A stretch of DNA of 64,000 bases. Origin: a virus. The stretch lies in IMG/VR virus record IMGVR_UViG_3300045988_092303; one strand, 5' to 3'. The notes under the pieces were generated by a model. That model was not told where the DNA came from and did no database searches. It saw only the letters and a list, made by a program, of their open reading frames with translations. Below are positions 14,987-24,330 of the stretch, one piece after another. The position numbers and the translations under genes were made by a program. Positions within the stretch are counted from its first letter, which is position 1. Every line of letters begins with the position of its first letter.

Positions 14987-16765
14987 TTGGCATCTGAAAA
15001 TCTGAAACAAACAATCCAAGGATACGAAAATTATATACAGTCGCATGGCATAGATGAGACGGTCATTGAGGCATACGTAGAAGCCTGTTCCGTGGCTATA
15101 AATAATGAAAAGGATACAGAATACGGCTTGCAACTCACAAAGCGGTCTAAGGAGCTTATAGAGCGTTACTGCATGGATCAGACCGGTGGGACGATCTGGG
15201 ATCTGGAAAAATATGCACAGGACAGCAGCAGTTCTTTCCAGCTAATCAACCAATATTATGAGATTTTAAAGCTTGAAACTTTTTGGAGCTTTGAAAGTTT
15301 CATGTACTACATGGAGAAGAAGAGACCATACGGGAAGCGTTTTTATTATCCCAGAAGGAAATCACTTGGAATTGTAATAAAAGATCTGGAAGATCTGGAA
15401 AATAGAGTTATTAAATTCTATGGGCTTTCAATGCCGTCTCGTGTCGGTAAATCTACAATTTGTATATTTTTTCTTGCGTGGATAGCTTTAAGGCGTCCAA
15501 ATAGCCATTCAGCTATGGGCGGACATTCTGGAATACTGGCAAAGGGATTCTATAAAGAGTTAATGAATCTTTTCACCACAGAAGAATATACCTTTGCGGA
15601 GCTGTTTGCATTTTGGCATCCAGAATATGCAAAAAGAGCATTACCCACAGACAAAAGTGCGGATGAATTTACGATTACGCTTGGCGACCCGGATAGATTT
15701 GCGACCGTTACTTGTCGTGGTATTGATGGTACTTGGACTGGTGCAGTTGACGTATCAAAAGACGGGTATCTGTATGTGGATGACCTTGTAAGGGATCGTG
15801 AACATTCATTAAGTCCTATGCGAATGGAAAACACATTTCAAGAATACCTAAACAAGATGGTAGACCGTAAAAATGATGGTGCTAGGGAGCTTATGGTCGG
15901 TACTCTTTGGAATGTTCTTGACCCTCTTGAAAGATTAAGAAAACAGTATGATGGAAACCCGGAATATAGATTTAGACGTATACCGGCGCTTAACGATAAC
16001 GATGAAAGTAATTTTGACTATGAAATAAATGGATTTTCAACAGCATATTACCGTGATATGCGTGAGCGCCTTGATAAAGCGGAATGGGAAGCTAAATTTA
16101 TGCAACGACCGTTTGTACGAGAAGGACTTCTTTTCCCAACGGATGAGCTGCGGTACTTCAACGGCATTCTTCCGGATGGTGATTTCAGAAGAATCGGTGT
16201 TACGGACATTGCGTGGGGCGGAGGGGACAGTTTGTCAATGCCTATCGGAGCTGAATATGAAAACGGAGATGTCTACATTTACGACTGGGTGTTTAACGGA
16301 GGTCCGAAAGAAGTTACGGTTCCGCTAGTTGTCGGAAGAATCGTAGGAAATGAGATTAGGCAGACGCGTTTTGAAGGAAATGTCGGTGGCGATCTTTATT
16401 GTCAGTATGTTGACGAAAAATTACAAGACATTGGCTATAAATGTTCTTGCACAAGCAAAAAAGCTCCAAATAAAGTTGAAAAGTTAGCAAAAATCATTGC
16501 TTATTCTGGAGACGTAAAGAGAAAATTTATTTTTTTGGAAAGCAAAAGGCCTACGCAGGAAGAACTGCAACGAGATGCAGATCTTGGAATTGTAAGATAC
16601 CGAAGGAATGATGAGTACCAGAAAGCAATGGACGAGCTGACTATGTTTGTAAGCATTGGTGGCAATGATCATGACGACGCGGCAGATGCATTAACACAGC
16701 TTGAAATGTTTATTGAAAATCCGCTTGCGATCAGAAAAGCAACAATTATGTCAAGCCCGATTTAA
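14987..16765 (+). CDS. terL: Terminase large subunit
   Basis: ORF track (14957-16765). TTG at 14987 lies 8 nt after GGAGGTG. Walker-A-like PSRVGKST; C-terminal nuclease-like DDAADAL. Confidence 0.85.
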   Translation: MASENLKQTIQGYENYIQSHGIDETVIEAYVEACSVAINNEKDTEYGLQLTKRSKELIERYCMDQTGGTIWDLEKYAQDSSSSFQLINQYYEILKLETFWSFESFMYYMEKKRPYGKRFYYPRRKSLGIVIKDLEDLENRVIKFYGLSMPSRVGKSTICIFFLAWIALRRPNSHSAMGGHSGILAKGFYKELMNLFTTEEYTFAELFAFWHPEYAKRALPTDKSADEFTITLGDPDRFATVTCRGIDGTWTGAVDVSKDGYLYVDDLVRDREHSLSPMRMENTFQEYLNKMVDRKNDGARELMVGTLWNVLDPLERLRKQYDGNPEYRFRRIPALNDNDESNFDYEINGFSTAYYRDMRERLDKAEWEAKFMQRPFVREGLLFPTDELRYFNGILPDGDFRRIGVTDIAWGGGDSLSMPIGAEYENGDVYIYDWVFNGGPKEVTVPLVVGRIVGNEIRQTRFEGNVGGDLYCQYVDEKLQDIGYKCSCTSKKAPNKVEKLAKIIAYSGDVKRKFIFLESKRPTQEELQRDADLGIVRYRRNDEYQKAMDELTMFVSIGGNDHDDAADALTQLEMFIENPLAIRKATIMSSPI

Positions 16766-16781
16766 GTATGGAGGAAAGTTA

Positions 16782-17198
16782 ATGGAAACAAAAAAATACC
16801 TTGGCCAGATCAAAAGATATGACTGTATGATTGCAAATAAAATCGAGGAGATCAAGAATCTCCGTGCAACACTTTATGGAATGCCGTCACTCTCCGGCGG
16901 AGAACGTGTGCAGACATCCGGCACAAAGGACATTGTTGGCAGCGGAGCACCTAAGATTGCTGATATGGAGTCAGAAGTGCGTACTCTCTCACGGAAAAGA
17001 GAAGAGATTGTTCGACAAATTGAGAAAATCCCGGATACGGACATGTATGATGTACTGGCAAAGCGGTTCGTGCTGGACAAAGATTTTAAGGTAATCAGCG
17101 TAGAAATCAAAAAATCAAAGCGTCAGACGTTTTTCATTTACGATAATGCTATTGATATGTTTGAAAAAATGTTTGGATACCTGTACATGGGAGACTAA
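16782..17198 (+). CDS. Sigma-70 region-4-like / DUF1492-ArpU-RinA-like putative late transcription regulator
   Basis: ORF track; ATG at 16782 after GGAGGAAAG; pattern KKYLGQIKRYDCMI..IEEIKNLRA...YDVLAKRF. Confidence 0.45.
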   Translation: METKKYLGQIKRYDCMIANKIEEIKNLRATLYGMPSLSGGERVQTSGTKDIVGSGAPKIADMESEVRTLSRKREEIVRQIEKIPDTDMYDVLAKRFVLDKDFKVISVEIKKSKRQTFFIYDNAIDMFEKMFGYLYMGD

Positions 17199-17241
17199 CC
17201 GCACAAAAATGCACTAAATAGCATAAAAACGTGTATTTTCT

Positions 17242-17269
17242 TTGAAAAATAAGTAGTATACAATATGAT
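17242..17269 (+). promoter_or_regulatory. Candidate promoter in the terL-portal gap
   Basis: TTGAAA, 16 nt, TATGAT. Confidence 0.4.
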
Positions 17270-17308
17270 TGTAAAGTTTTAAGAAACTTTTCTCCCATCG
17301 GTAAGAGA

Positions 17309-17343
17309 GAGCATTGCTGGAAACGGCAGTGCTCTTTTCTTTT
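17309..17343 (+). terminator. Intrinsic terminator just upstream of the zinc-ribbon and portal genes
   Basis: GAGCATTGC / GCAGTGCTC stem followed by TTTTCTTTT. Confidence 0.75.
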
Positions 17344-17361
17344 GCAGAAATGAGGAAAATT

Positions 17362-17559
17362 ATGGAATACAAGCCAAAAACAATATATTGTCCACGGTGC
17401 GGCAGGAAAGTTGCTACATGGGACGGACGTTCTTCTATGCCGGTGATCGGCAGGTGTAAGAAATGTAATAAACGAGTTGTCTATTACGTTGACAACGATG
17501 AAACAGAAATTAAGAACATGCCGGGAAGAAATTGCTCTTCCGGAGTCACGTATTTGTAG
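17362..17559 (+). CDS. Com-like zinc-ribbon protein (CxxC-x19-CxxC)
   Basis: ORF track; CPRCGRKV...GRCKKCNKRV; ATG at 17362 after GAGGA. Confidence 0.5.
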   Translation: MEYKPKTIYCPRCGRKVATWDGRSSMPVIGRCKKCNKRVVYYVDNDETEIKNMPGRNCSSGVTYL

Positions 17560-17568
17560 AGGTGTGAG

Positions 17569-19113
17569 ATGGCAAATCCGGGAAGAAAAATAATATGGAC
17601 TGATGAACCAGAAATTACATATGAAAATGTTATTGATGTTCTCCGGGATGCAATTCTTGTCCATACTGCGAACGCACAAAGAATCCAGTTCCTTTTAGAT
17701 TATGACGGTGGAGATCAGCCGATCATACGAAAAAAGCCAAAAACATACAGACCGGACATAGACTGCCGGTGCAATGATAATGTTGCGCATCAGGTTTCTA
17801 ACTTTTGGACTGGATTTGGTTGGGGAAATGCTATAACGCTTGTCCAGAATGGAGACGGGAAAGATCAATACGTATCGGATGGCATTTCTGAGCTTAACAA
17901 GCAATACGATCTGGTGAAAATCCGGGCGAAAACACAGGAGCTTGGACGCTTTGTTGAAATCGGTGCATTGTGTTACATCTATGTTGATACAAATATGAAT
18001 TGGATGGAAGGAAAAAGCTATTTTACGCTTGATATCCTAGATCCCAGAACCTCTTTTGTAATCAGATCAAATTATTATCCTGATAAACGTGTAATGCTCG
18101 GGGTCACTTATCGTTGCGATAAAAGAGGAATTAAGCATTATACCTGCTTCACACCGGATGCTCGTTATGAAATCTCAGAATGGGAACATGCAGAACGAAG
18201 CGGAGAGTTAAATCCGCTTGGTATGATACCGATTGTTGAATACATCAGATCGTATGATCGCATGGGTGTGTGGGAGCATCAGATTTCGGAGATGGACAAT
18301 CTGAATTTGCTCATTTCAGATTTCTCAAATGATGTTGAGCAGAACACGCAGGCTGTATGGCACGCAAACGATGTTGATTTTCCTGTTAAGCAGGAAGTCA
18401 TCGAAGAAAAAGACGGAACAAAGAAGTCTGTGGAGGAAGTTGTAAAACCAAAGTCTGGAGAATGGCTTAGTACATTCACTTCCCCTGACGGAAAGACTCC
18501 GTTTGTTAAGGCTCTGTCGATTGATTATGACTACGACGGAATGCTGAATGCAATACAATATCGCAGGAATAAAATTCTGGAAAAATGCAACGTTCCCCTC
18601 ACAAGTGACAATGCATCAAACATCACAGGAGTGGCAGCGAGCAATGCTTCCGGATGGGATCATGCGGAAGCGGCAGCATCAAAGCAGCAGATGATCACAG
18701 AAAGTTGCAAACTGGAAGAAGTTGAAGTTGTTCTTGCGGCAATAGCAAACAATCCAAACCTTCCAGCTGACAGCCCGTTAAAGAAAATCACTCCGGCAGA
18801 CATTGAAGTTAATGTGAAACGTCAAAAACTGTATGAGCTGTCAACGAAAGTAAACAGTGCTGTAACACTTATAAAAGCTGGATTTGATGGAGGAAAGGTA
18901 TTAAATGCCATTCCGATTTTTGACGATCCTAATGAAGTGTGGGATGCCAGCAAAGAAACGGTGAAAAAAATCCAAAACAGCGGAATCTCTCAAGACGCAA
19001 TCACCGGAGATGATATAGAACCGGAAAAACCAAATTCTGACAGGATAATGCAGGATTTATCAGATCAGGTTACAAACAGTCCACTGATTGATAAAAGCAG
19101 AGCTGAGAAATAA
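17569..19113 (+). CDS. Portal protein (SPP1 gp6-like)
   Basis: ORF track; size and position after terL, followed by a Mu-F-like gene. Confidence 0.85.
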   Translation: MANPGRKIIWTDEPEITYENVIDVLRDAILVHTANAQRIQFLLDYDGGDQPIIRKKPKTYRPDIDCRCNDNVAHQVSNFWTGFGWGNAITLVQNGDGKDQYVSDGISELNKQYDLVKIRAKTQELGRFVEIGALCYIYVDTNMNWMEGKSYFTLDILDPRTSFVIRSNYYPDKRVMLGVTYRCDKRGIKHYTCFTPDARYEISEWEHAERSGELNPLGMIPIVEYIRSYDRMGVWEHQISEMDNLNLLISDFSNDVEQNTQAVWHANDVDFPVKQEVIEEKDGTKKSVEEVVKPKSGEWLSTFTSPDGKTPFVKALSIDYDYDGMLNAIQYRRNKILEKCNVPLTSDNASNITGVAASNASGWDHAEAAASKQQMITESCKLEEVEVVLAAIANNPNLPADSPLKKITPADIEVNVKRQKLYELSTKVNSAVTLIKAGFDGGKVLNAIPIFDDPNEVWDASKETVKKIQNSGISQDAITGDDIEPEKPNSDRIMQDLSDQVTNSPLIDKSRAEK

Positions 19114-19736
19114 TGGAACATGAATTTGACGAACTGAATAATCCAAAGAGCAGAGCAATTCCATATGAGCAGTATTTTGGGGAGATGGAACTGACGGAAG
19201 AACAGAAAGAAGAGAGGATAAAAGCATCTAAACGTATTGAAGATATGATGCTTTTTCTTTTTTCTTTACTTTCAGTCATGAAAGAATATTCCTACGAAAA
19301 TTTAGAATTTGTTGTTTCGCAAGTAAAAAATCAGTATTCCGATGTTTTGTCCGTAAGCATGGAAATGGATGAATACTTAAATGGGTACGTGAATGATTTT
19401 TCCGAGCAGATCGTAGAAACAACACAAAATCATATGGATGATGAATGGTATCTTTCAGATGACCGGGCAATGTTTGTTGCGGAGAATGAAGCAAATACGA
19501 CGTTTAATTACCTGGAATACAAAAAAGCTATTGAGTCCGGGAAGAAAAAGAAAAGGTGGATCACCATGCGTGACCGCCATGTAAGGAATACACACCAACT
19601 TGTTGAAGGAAAAACCATTGGAATCAATGATGTTTTCCTTGTTGGTGACAGTGAGATGTTTTATCCCAAAGACACAACATTCGGTGCGAGTGCACGTGAA
19701 ATCGTGAATTGCAGATGCTCAATTAAATATTTTTGA
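19113..19736 (+). CDS. Minor head protein (Mu F / SPP1 gp7-like)
   Basis: ORF track; C-terminal RHVRNTHQ...NCRCS motif. Confidence 0.75.
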   Translation: MEHEFDELNNPKSRAIPYEQYFGEMELTEEQKEERIKASKRIEDMMLFLFSLLSVMKEYSYENLEFVVSQVKNQYSDVLSVSMEMDEYLNGYVNDFSEQIVETTQNHMDDEWYLSDDRAMFVAENEANTTFNYLEYKKAIESGKKKKRWITMRDRHVRNTHQLVEGKTIGINDVFLVGDSEMFYPKDTTFGASAREIVNCRCSIKYF

Positions 19737-19740
19737 CACG

Positions 19741-19770
19741 AAACCGCTGATTCTTATTGGCGGTTTTTTA
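19741..19770 (+). terminator. Intrinsic terminator
   Basis: AAACCGC / GCGGTTT stem followed by T run. Confidence 0.85.
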
Positions 19771-19850
19771 TATGCCCCAGAGAAGGGGCAGAAAAAATAT
19801 CGCAAGAAGTTAGAGAAAACTTAAATCGCAGAAAGAAAGAGGTATGAATC

Positions 19851-20438
19851 ATGGCAGACACTAACACTACCACTACAACAACTAAGGCAGCTGAAACGCA
19901 GGTAAACACAGGGCAAGAGCCAACCACTACTCAGGAGAATGAAACAAAGACTCCAACTGTAGAAGAACTTATGGCGCAGCTGGCCAGCGAGAGGGCAGAG
20001 AAAGAGAAATATAAAAATGCTTCTGACAAAGCAAGTTCCGAAGCTGCTCAGTACAAAAAACAGTTACGTTCCAAGCAGACGGCAGAGGAACAGGAAGCAG
20101 AAGCAAAAGCAGAAGCTGAACGCTTGCAGAACGAAAGGTATGAGAACGCAATTAAAGAGCTGAATCATATGAAAGCTGTATCTGCTTACAAGAATGTTTC
20201 TGAAAAATCTATCGAAACCCTGATTGAAGCTGTTGCAGAGGGAGATCACAGTGCAATTGCCACAATTATTGACAACGAAGTAAAAGCGGCGGTCACTGCT
20301 GCAAAAGCGGAATGGATGAAAACAAGACCGGCTGTAAATGCAGGAAAATATTCATCCATGACACGTGAGCAGATCATGGCAATTTCAGACAGAGATGAAA
20401 GATTAAAGGCTATCGCTTTGAACCCAACTTTATTTTAG
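19851..20438 (+). CDS. Scaffolding protein
   Basis: ORF track; Ala/Glu/Lys-rich coiled coil immediately before the capsid gene. Confidence 0.75.
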   Translation: MADTNTTTTTTKAAETQVNTGQEPTTTQENETKTPTVEELMAQLASERAEKEKYKNASDKASSEAAQYKKQLRSKQTAEEQEAEAKAEAERLQNERYENAIKELNHMKAVSAYKNVSEKSIETLIEAVAEGDHSAIATIIDNEVKAAVTAAKAEWMKTRPAVNAGKYSSMTREQIMAISDRDERLKAIALNPTLF

Positions 20439-20450
20439 GAGGAATATTAA

Positions 20451-21551
20451 ATGGCAGCTGAAACAAATTTAATCAAAAGTGCAGACCTCGTAAAAGCCAG
20501 AGAGGTCGAGTTCACCTTTATGTTTGGTGAGAGTATTAAGAAGTTAATGGAGGCTCTGGGAGTAACCAGAATGATCCAGAAACAGGCTGGTATGGTGCTG
20601 AAAGCATACAAGGCCAGAGGAACACTGGAAGATGGAAATGTCGGTGAGGGTGAAACCATTCCGCTTTCCAAATACGAGACTTACCCGATTGTATTCGATG
20701 AGATCACTCTGAAAAAGTGGAGAAAAGCCACTTCCGCAGAGGCAATCATCGAAAAGGGATACAATCAGGCAGTTATCGAGACTACAGACGAGATGCTGAA
20801 AGACATCCAGAAGGGCATCAGAAGAGACTTCTTCACATTCCTTGAAAAAGGAACCGGAAGAGCAAACGGAACTGGCTTTCAGTCCACTCTTGCAAAGGCA
20901 TGGGGACAGCTTGAGGTTCTGTTTGAGGATGATGAGATCGAGGCAGTATATTTCATGAATCCGCTGGATGTTGCTGATTATCTGGCAACCGCAAACATCA
21001 CCCTGCAGAGTGCATTCGGTATGACTTACGTGGAGAACTTCCTTGGTCTTGGAACTGTGATCTTTAATAAATCCGTACCGACTGGAAAGATTTATGCAAC
21101 TGCAAAGAAAAATATCGTGATGTATTACATCCCAGTAAATGGCGCTGATCTGAACGAAGCATTTACGTTTACTTCCGATCAGACCGGCCTTATTGGAATC
21201 CATGAAAGTCCGGATTACAACAATATGACCGCTTCCGATACTGTTGTGTCTGGAATCGTACTGTTTGCTGAGAGAATTGACGGTATCGTTGTTGGCTCCA
21301 TTGGAGGTTCTGGAAGCATCACGCTTTCCCTCGACAAAGAAACGGCAACCGTTCCGATCAATGGAAAAATTACCCTTAAAGCAACTGTAGCACCGGTTGG
21401 AACGGCAGTAACATGGGAGAGTGACCAGCCAACTTATGCAACCGTTGAAAATGGTGTAGTAACCGGTAAGGCAGCAGGAACAGCAAACATCACGGCAAAA
21501 GCAGGTAGCCAGACCGCAACTTGCGCAGTAACCGTGAGCGCAGGAGCGTGA
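20451..21551 (+). CDS. Major capsid protein with C-terminal Ig-like (Big_2-type) domain
   Basis: ORF track; position; C-terminus ITLSLDKETATVPINGKITLKATVAP..VTWESD..ATVENGVVTGKAAGTANITA. Confidence 0.85.
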   Translation: MAAETNLIKSADLVKAREVEFTFMFGESIKKLMEALGVTRMIQKQAGMVLKAYKARGTLEDGNVGEGETIPLSKYETYPIVFDEITLKKWRKATSAEAIIEKGYNQAVIETTDEMLKDIQKGIRRDFFTFLEKGTGRANGTGFQSTLAKAWGQLEVLFEDDEIEAVYFMNPLDVADYLATANITLQSAFGMTYVENFLGLGTVIFNKSVPTGKIYATAKKNIVMYYIPVNGADLNEAFTFTSDQTGLIGIHESPDYNNMTASDTVVSGIVLFAERIDGIVVGSIGGSGSITLSLDKETATVPINGKITLKATVAPVGTAVTWESDQPTYATVENGVVTGKAAGTANITAKAGSQTATCAVTVSAGA

Positions 21552-21555
21552 TCGA

Positions 21556-21867
21556 ATGTATAAGGTAATCAGATTTTTCACTGATTTGCAAGACAATGAT
21601 TATCCGTATAACGAGGGAGATATCTTCCCTCGTGACGGATTATCCGTATCTAAAGAGAGATTGGTTGAGCTTTCCAGCACCAACAATAAGCAGAGAGAGC
21701 GTCTTATTGAGCTTGTCGTTGATGAAGGAAAGCTTACCAAAACAGAGATCAACCGGATGCCCGTATCCGATCTTCGGAAGATGGCATCTGACAGCGGAGT
21801 TGAAAATGCGGAAGCAATGACCGGCTCTGAATTAAAAACGTATCTCATTCACCTCATGGGTCTGTAG
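21556..21867 (+). CDS. Small protein with Rho-N/SAP-like C-terminal motif
   Basis: ORF track; ..SDLRKMASDSGVENAEAMTGSELKTYL. Confidence 0.5.
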   Translation: MYKVIRFFTDLQDNDYPYNEGDIFPRDGLSVSKERLVELSSTNNKQRERLIELVVDEGKLTKTEINRMPVSDLRKMASDSGVENAEAMTGSELKTYLIHLMGL

Positions 21868-21878
21868 GGAGGTTCTAT

Positions 21879-22232
21879 ATGGCATACACAATGCTTGAGC
21901 AGGTGAAAATCCGGCTGAAACAATTTCATATTGATGATAAAGAATCCGTTGTGTTTGACCGTAAGGAAGAGAACCCTCTTATTGAGCAGTTAATTGAGCA
22001 GGCGAGGCAAGAAGTGATTATCAATAGGATGTACCCAGAAGATTATACGCAGGAACAGATAGATGATGATGTGAAGAAGTATGAGGGAGTCATAGTAAAT
22101 CTAGCTGTGTATGATCGCTCACAGGCAGGTGAGGCTTACATGGAATCTTATTCAGAGAATGGAGTAAGTAGGAGCTGGAAAGACCGTGACAGCCTCTTTT
22201 CCGGGGTATATCCGATTGCCAAACTGCTATAA
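21879..22232 (+). CDS. Head-tail connector (gp6-like)
   Basis: ORF track; size and position; N-terminus LEQVKIRLKQFHIDD. Confidence 0.6.
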   Translation: MAYTMLEQVKIRLKQFHIDDKESVVFDRKEENPLIEQLIEQARQEVIINRMYPEDYTQEQIDDDVKKYEGVIVNLAVYDRSQAGEAYMESYSENGVSRSWKDRDSLFSGVYPIAKLL

Positions 22233-22379
22233 CCTATCTGCCATGAGCAGAAAAGGAATCCGGTTTTTGCAAAGCATTTACCGGTTTTTGAAGATTGAGC
22301 GTTGCCGGAAGGCAGCAGGGGCGTGCTATAGGTGGTGGAGGGCAGCACGCAAAATTACAGTAGGAAGGCGGTATATGAT

Positions 22380-22694
22380 GTGACGATACAGGTATCGGCA
22401 GCAATCATTATAAGCGTGTTATCACTGAGTTTTTCCGTCTTTATGGGTCTGAAAAGTGATAAGCGGACAGACACAAAGGATATTGAGGAACGTGTAAAAG
22501 AAAATACACGCATTAACATGAAACTGGATGCAATATCGAATAACACAACTGAAATCAAAAACGAGGTTTCCGAGATGAGGAAAGAAATCAATTCCCATGA
22601 TGGAAGAATCGTTAAGGTTGAGGAAAGTGTAAAGTCGGCGCATCACAGGTTGGACGGCTTGGAAGAGCGTCTTAATGAGCATAAGGAGGCTTAG
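22380..22694 (+). CDS. XhlA-like membrane/coiled-coil lysis accessory protein (GTG start)
   Basis: ORF track frame; GTG lies 8 nt after GGAAGGCGG; N-terminal TM then coiled coil EVSEMRKEINSHDGRIVKVEESVKSAHHRLDGLEERL. Confidence 0.45.
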   Translation: MTIQVSAAIIISVLSLSFSVFMGLKSDKRTDTKDIEERVKENTRINMKLDAISNNTTEIKNEVSEMRKEINSHDGRIVKVEESVKSAHHRLDGLEERLNEHKEA

Positions 22695-22697
22695 ATT

Positions 22698-22967
22698 ATG
22701 GACATCACACAGATTGGCACATCTTTGGCAATCATCGTTATTTGCTATCTGATCGGTTTAGGAGCGAAGACCGTTCCGAGTATTAAAGATAATCTTATCC
22801 CGGTTATCGTCGGAGTGTCTGGCGGAATCCTTGGTGCAGTAGGAATGTATGTTATGCCGGAGTTTCCGGCAAGTGACATTATGACAGCAATTGCAGTTGG
22901 TATTGTGAGCGGTCTGGCCAGCACCGGAGTAAATCAGGTCTACAAACAGGTAAAGAAGGATGCTTGA
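22698..22967 (+). CDS. Holin (three predicted TM segments, charged C-terminus)
   Basis: ORF track; 89 aa; TM1 IGTSLAIIVICYLIGLGA, TM2 LIPVIVGVSGGILGAVGMYV, TM3 IMTAIAVGIVSGLASTGV; tail YKQVKKDA. Confidence 0.65.
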   Translation: MDITQIGTSLAIIVICYLIGLGAKTVPSIKDNLIPVIVGVSGGILGAVGMYVMPEFPASDIMTAIAVGIVSGLASTGVNQVYKQVKKDA

Positions 22968-23385
22968 CATTAACAAGCAGCTGATGAAGTATTCACAGCA
23001 CGGTCAAAAAGTCACCATCTATGAAAAAGGTGATGATGGAAACATCAAATACTACGTGGATGGTGACGGAAACAAAATCCCTCTGATTGCAGATGAGAAA
23101 GTTGGTTTTTCAGAGCCAAAAGAGTTCTATGCCAATATCAGTAATAAGTTGAGCGAAGTTCTGGTAAAAGAGTTTGGAGTTGACGACAGTAGCACTTATG
23201 TACAGATCGTTACCGATAAAGGATACCTTCCTTTGAAAGCCGGTGATGTGGTTTGGAAGAAGTCAGAAATTGTTTACGACGAAGATGGACTCGTTGACAG
23301 CACAACAGCTGATTATGAAGTTAAGGGAGTTGCTGATGAGGGTCTGACCGTTGATCTGTTTTTGCTCCAGAAAGTTGTGAAGTAA
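22960..23385 (+). CDS. Putative head-closure / head-tail adaptor protein
   Basis: ORF track; assigned by position only. Confidence 0.4.
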   Translation: MLDINKQLMKYSQHGQKVTIYEKGDDGNIKYYVDGDGNKIPLIADEKVGFSEPKEFYANISNKLSEVLVKEFGVDDSSTYVQIVTDKGYLPLKAGDVVWKKSEIVYDEDGLVDSTTADYEVKGVADEGLTVDLFLLQKVVK

Positions 23386-23386
23386 T

Positions 23387-23890
23387 ATGTCAAAAACCAT
23401 TTCAGTATCATTGTCAGAAAAATCATTCCGGGATGCATCAAAAGAGATTTTGAAGTACAAAAAGGAAATCATTGCAAAGTGCCGGACGTTTGCGGAGCGT
23501 CTGGCAGAACGTGGCGTAGAAATTGCTCAAATGAAAATTCAAAGCCACAATGCTGTTTATACAGGTGAGCTGTGGGCGAGCATACAGAAGACTCCGGGAA
23601 TGGTTTTACATTATGGCAGCACCTATATCGTCTACACGGATTGCCCGTGGGCGAAATATGTTGAGTTTGGTACTGGTATTACCGGTTCGCATAATCCACA
23701 CCCGAGTGCATCAGTATCCGGCTGGAAATATGATGTCAATGAGCATGGAGAATCTGGCTGGTTTTACTATAGGGACGGAGAATGGCACTGGACAAAAGGA
23801 ATGCCGTCCAGACCATTCATGTATGAGACTGATCTGGAATTGATACTGGAAATTTCAAAGATTGCAAAGGAGGTGTTCGACAATGGCTAG
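23387..23890 (+). CDS. HK97 gp10-like head-tail joining protein
   Basis: ORF track; VYTGELWASIQK...AKYVEFGTG. Confidence 0.6.
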   Translation: MSKTISVSLSEKSFRDASKEILKYKKEIIAKCRTFAERLAERGVEIAQMKIQSHNAVYTGELWASIQKTPGMVLHYGSTYIVYTDCPWAKYVEFGTGITGSHNPHPSASVSGWKYDVNEHGESGWFYYRDGEWHWTKGMPSRPFMYETDLELILEISKIAKEVFDNG

Positions 23891-24281
23891 TGGTAATCAA
23901 TGGGCATTTGATATTGAAACCAACGTGTTCTCAAAAATCTATGCTCAGCTTCATGAGAAATATCCGAAAGCACTTATCACCCGTGATGAGCAGTCGAGCA
24001 CCACACCTACATTTCCAACGATTCTTATACAGGCATTAGAGCCGGTAGAACGGAATCCAGATCTGGAAACGCAGATCAATAGCGTGCTGTTTAGTACGCA
24101 AATCAAAGTAACTACAAACAAAAGCAGAAGTGAAGCCATGAGCATAGCAAGCGAAGTGGCAAAGCGTTATAAGGATTTATCGTTTCAGTTGATTGGAATG
24201 CCTTATTGCCGGAAAGAAGATAAGCTGTGGGCAGCTACCTTCCGGGCGAGACGAACATTCGACTGGAACGACAGATTATAA
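23883..24281 (+). CDS. Putative tail terminator / tail completion protein
   Basis: ORF track; ATG at 23883 overlaps the previous stop; assigned by position. Confidence 0.4.
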   Translation: MASGNQWAFDIETNVFSKIYAQLHEKYPKALITRDEQSSTTPTFPTILIQALEPVERNPDLETQINSVLFSTQIKVTTNKSRSEAMSIASEVAKRYKDLSFQLIGMPYCRKEDKLWAATFRARRTFDWNDRL

Positions 24282-24308
24282 AGAGCAGCAATGCTCTTAT
24301 TTTTTTAC
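24282..24308 (+). terminator. Hairpin terminator directly upstream of the major tail gene
   Basis: AGAGCA-gcaa-TGCTCT followed by T run. Confidence 0.7.
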
Positions 24309-24330
24309 TTATTTTTAGGAGGTAAGAATT

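Noticed and set aside
17149-17679. 176-aa minus-strand ORF
   Set aside because: It spans the terL-portal intergenic terminator and is antisense to the zinc-ribbon and portal gene starts.
20544-21596. 350-aa minus-strand ORF
   Set aside because: It lies entirely antisense to the major capsid gene. It is Cys/Ser-rich and low complexity, has no SD, and breaks an otherwise uniform + strand operon.
22243-22383. 46-aa basic ORF (MSRKGIRFLQSIYRF...) between the connector and XhlA-like genes, possibly a remnant of a head-closure gene
   Set aside because: It has no SD and overlaps the better-supported GTG start at 22380. Its similarity to head-closure proteins is too weak to call.
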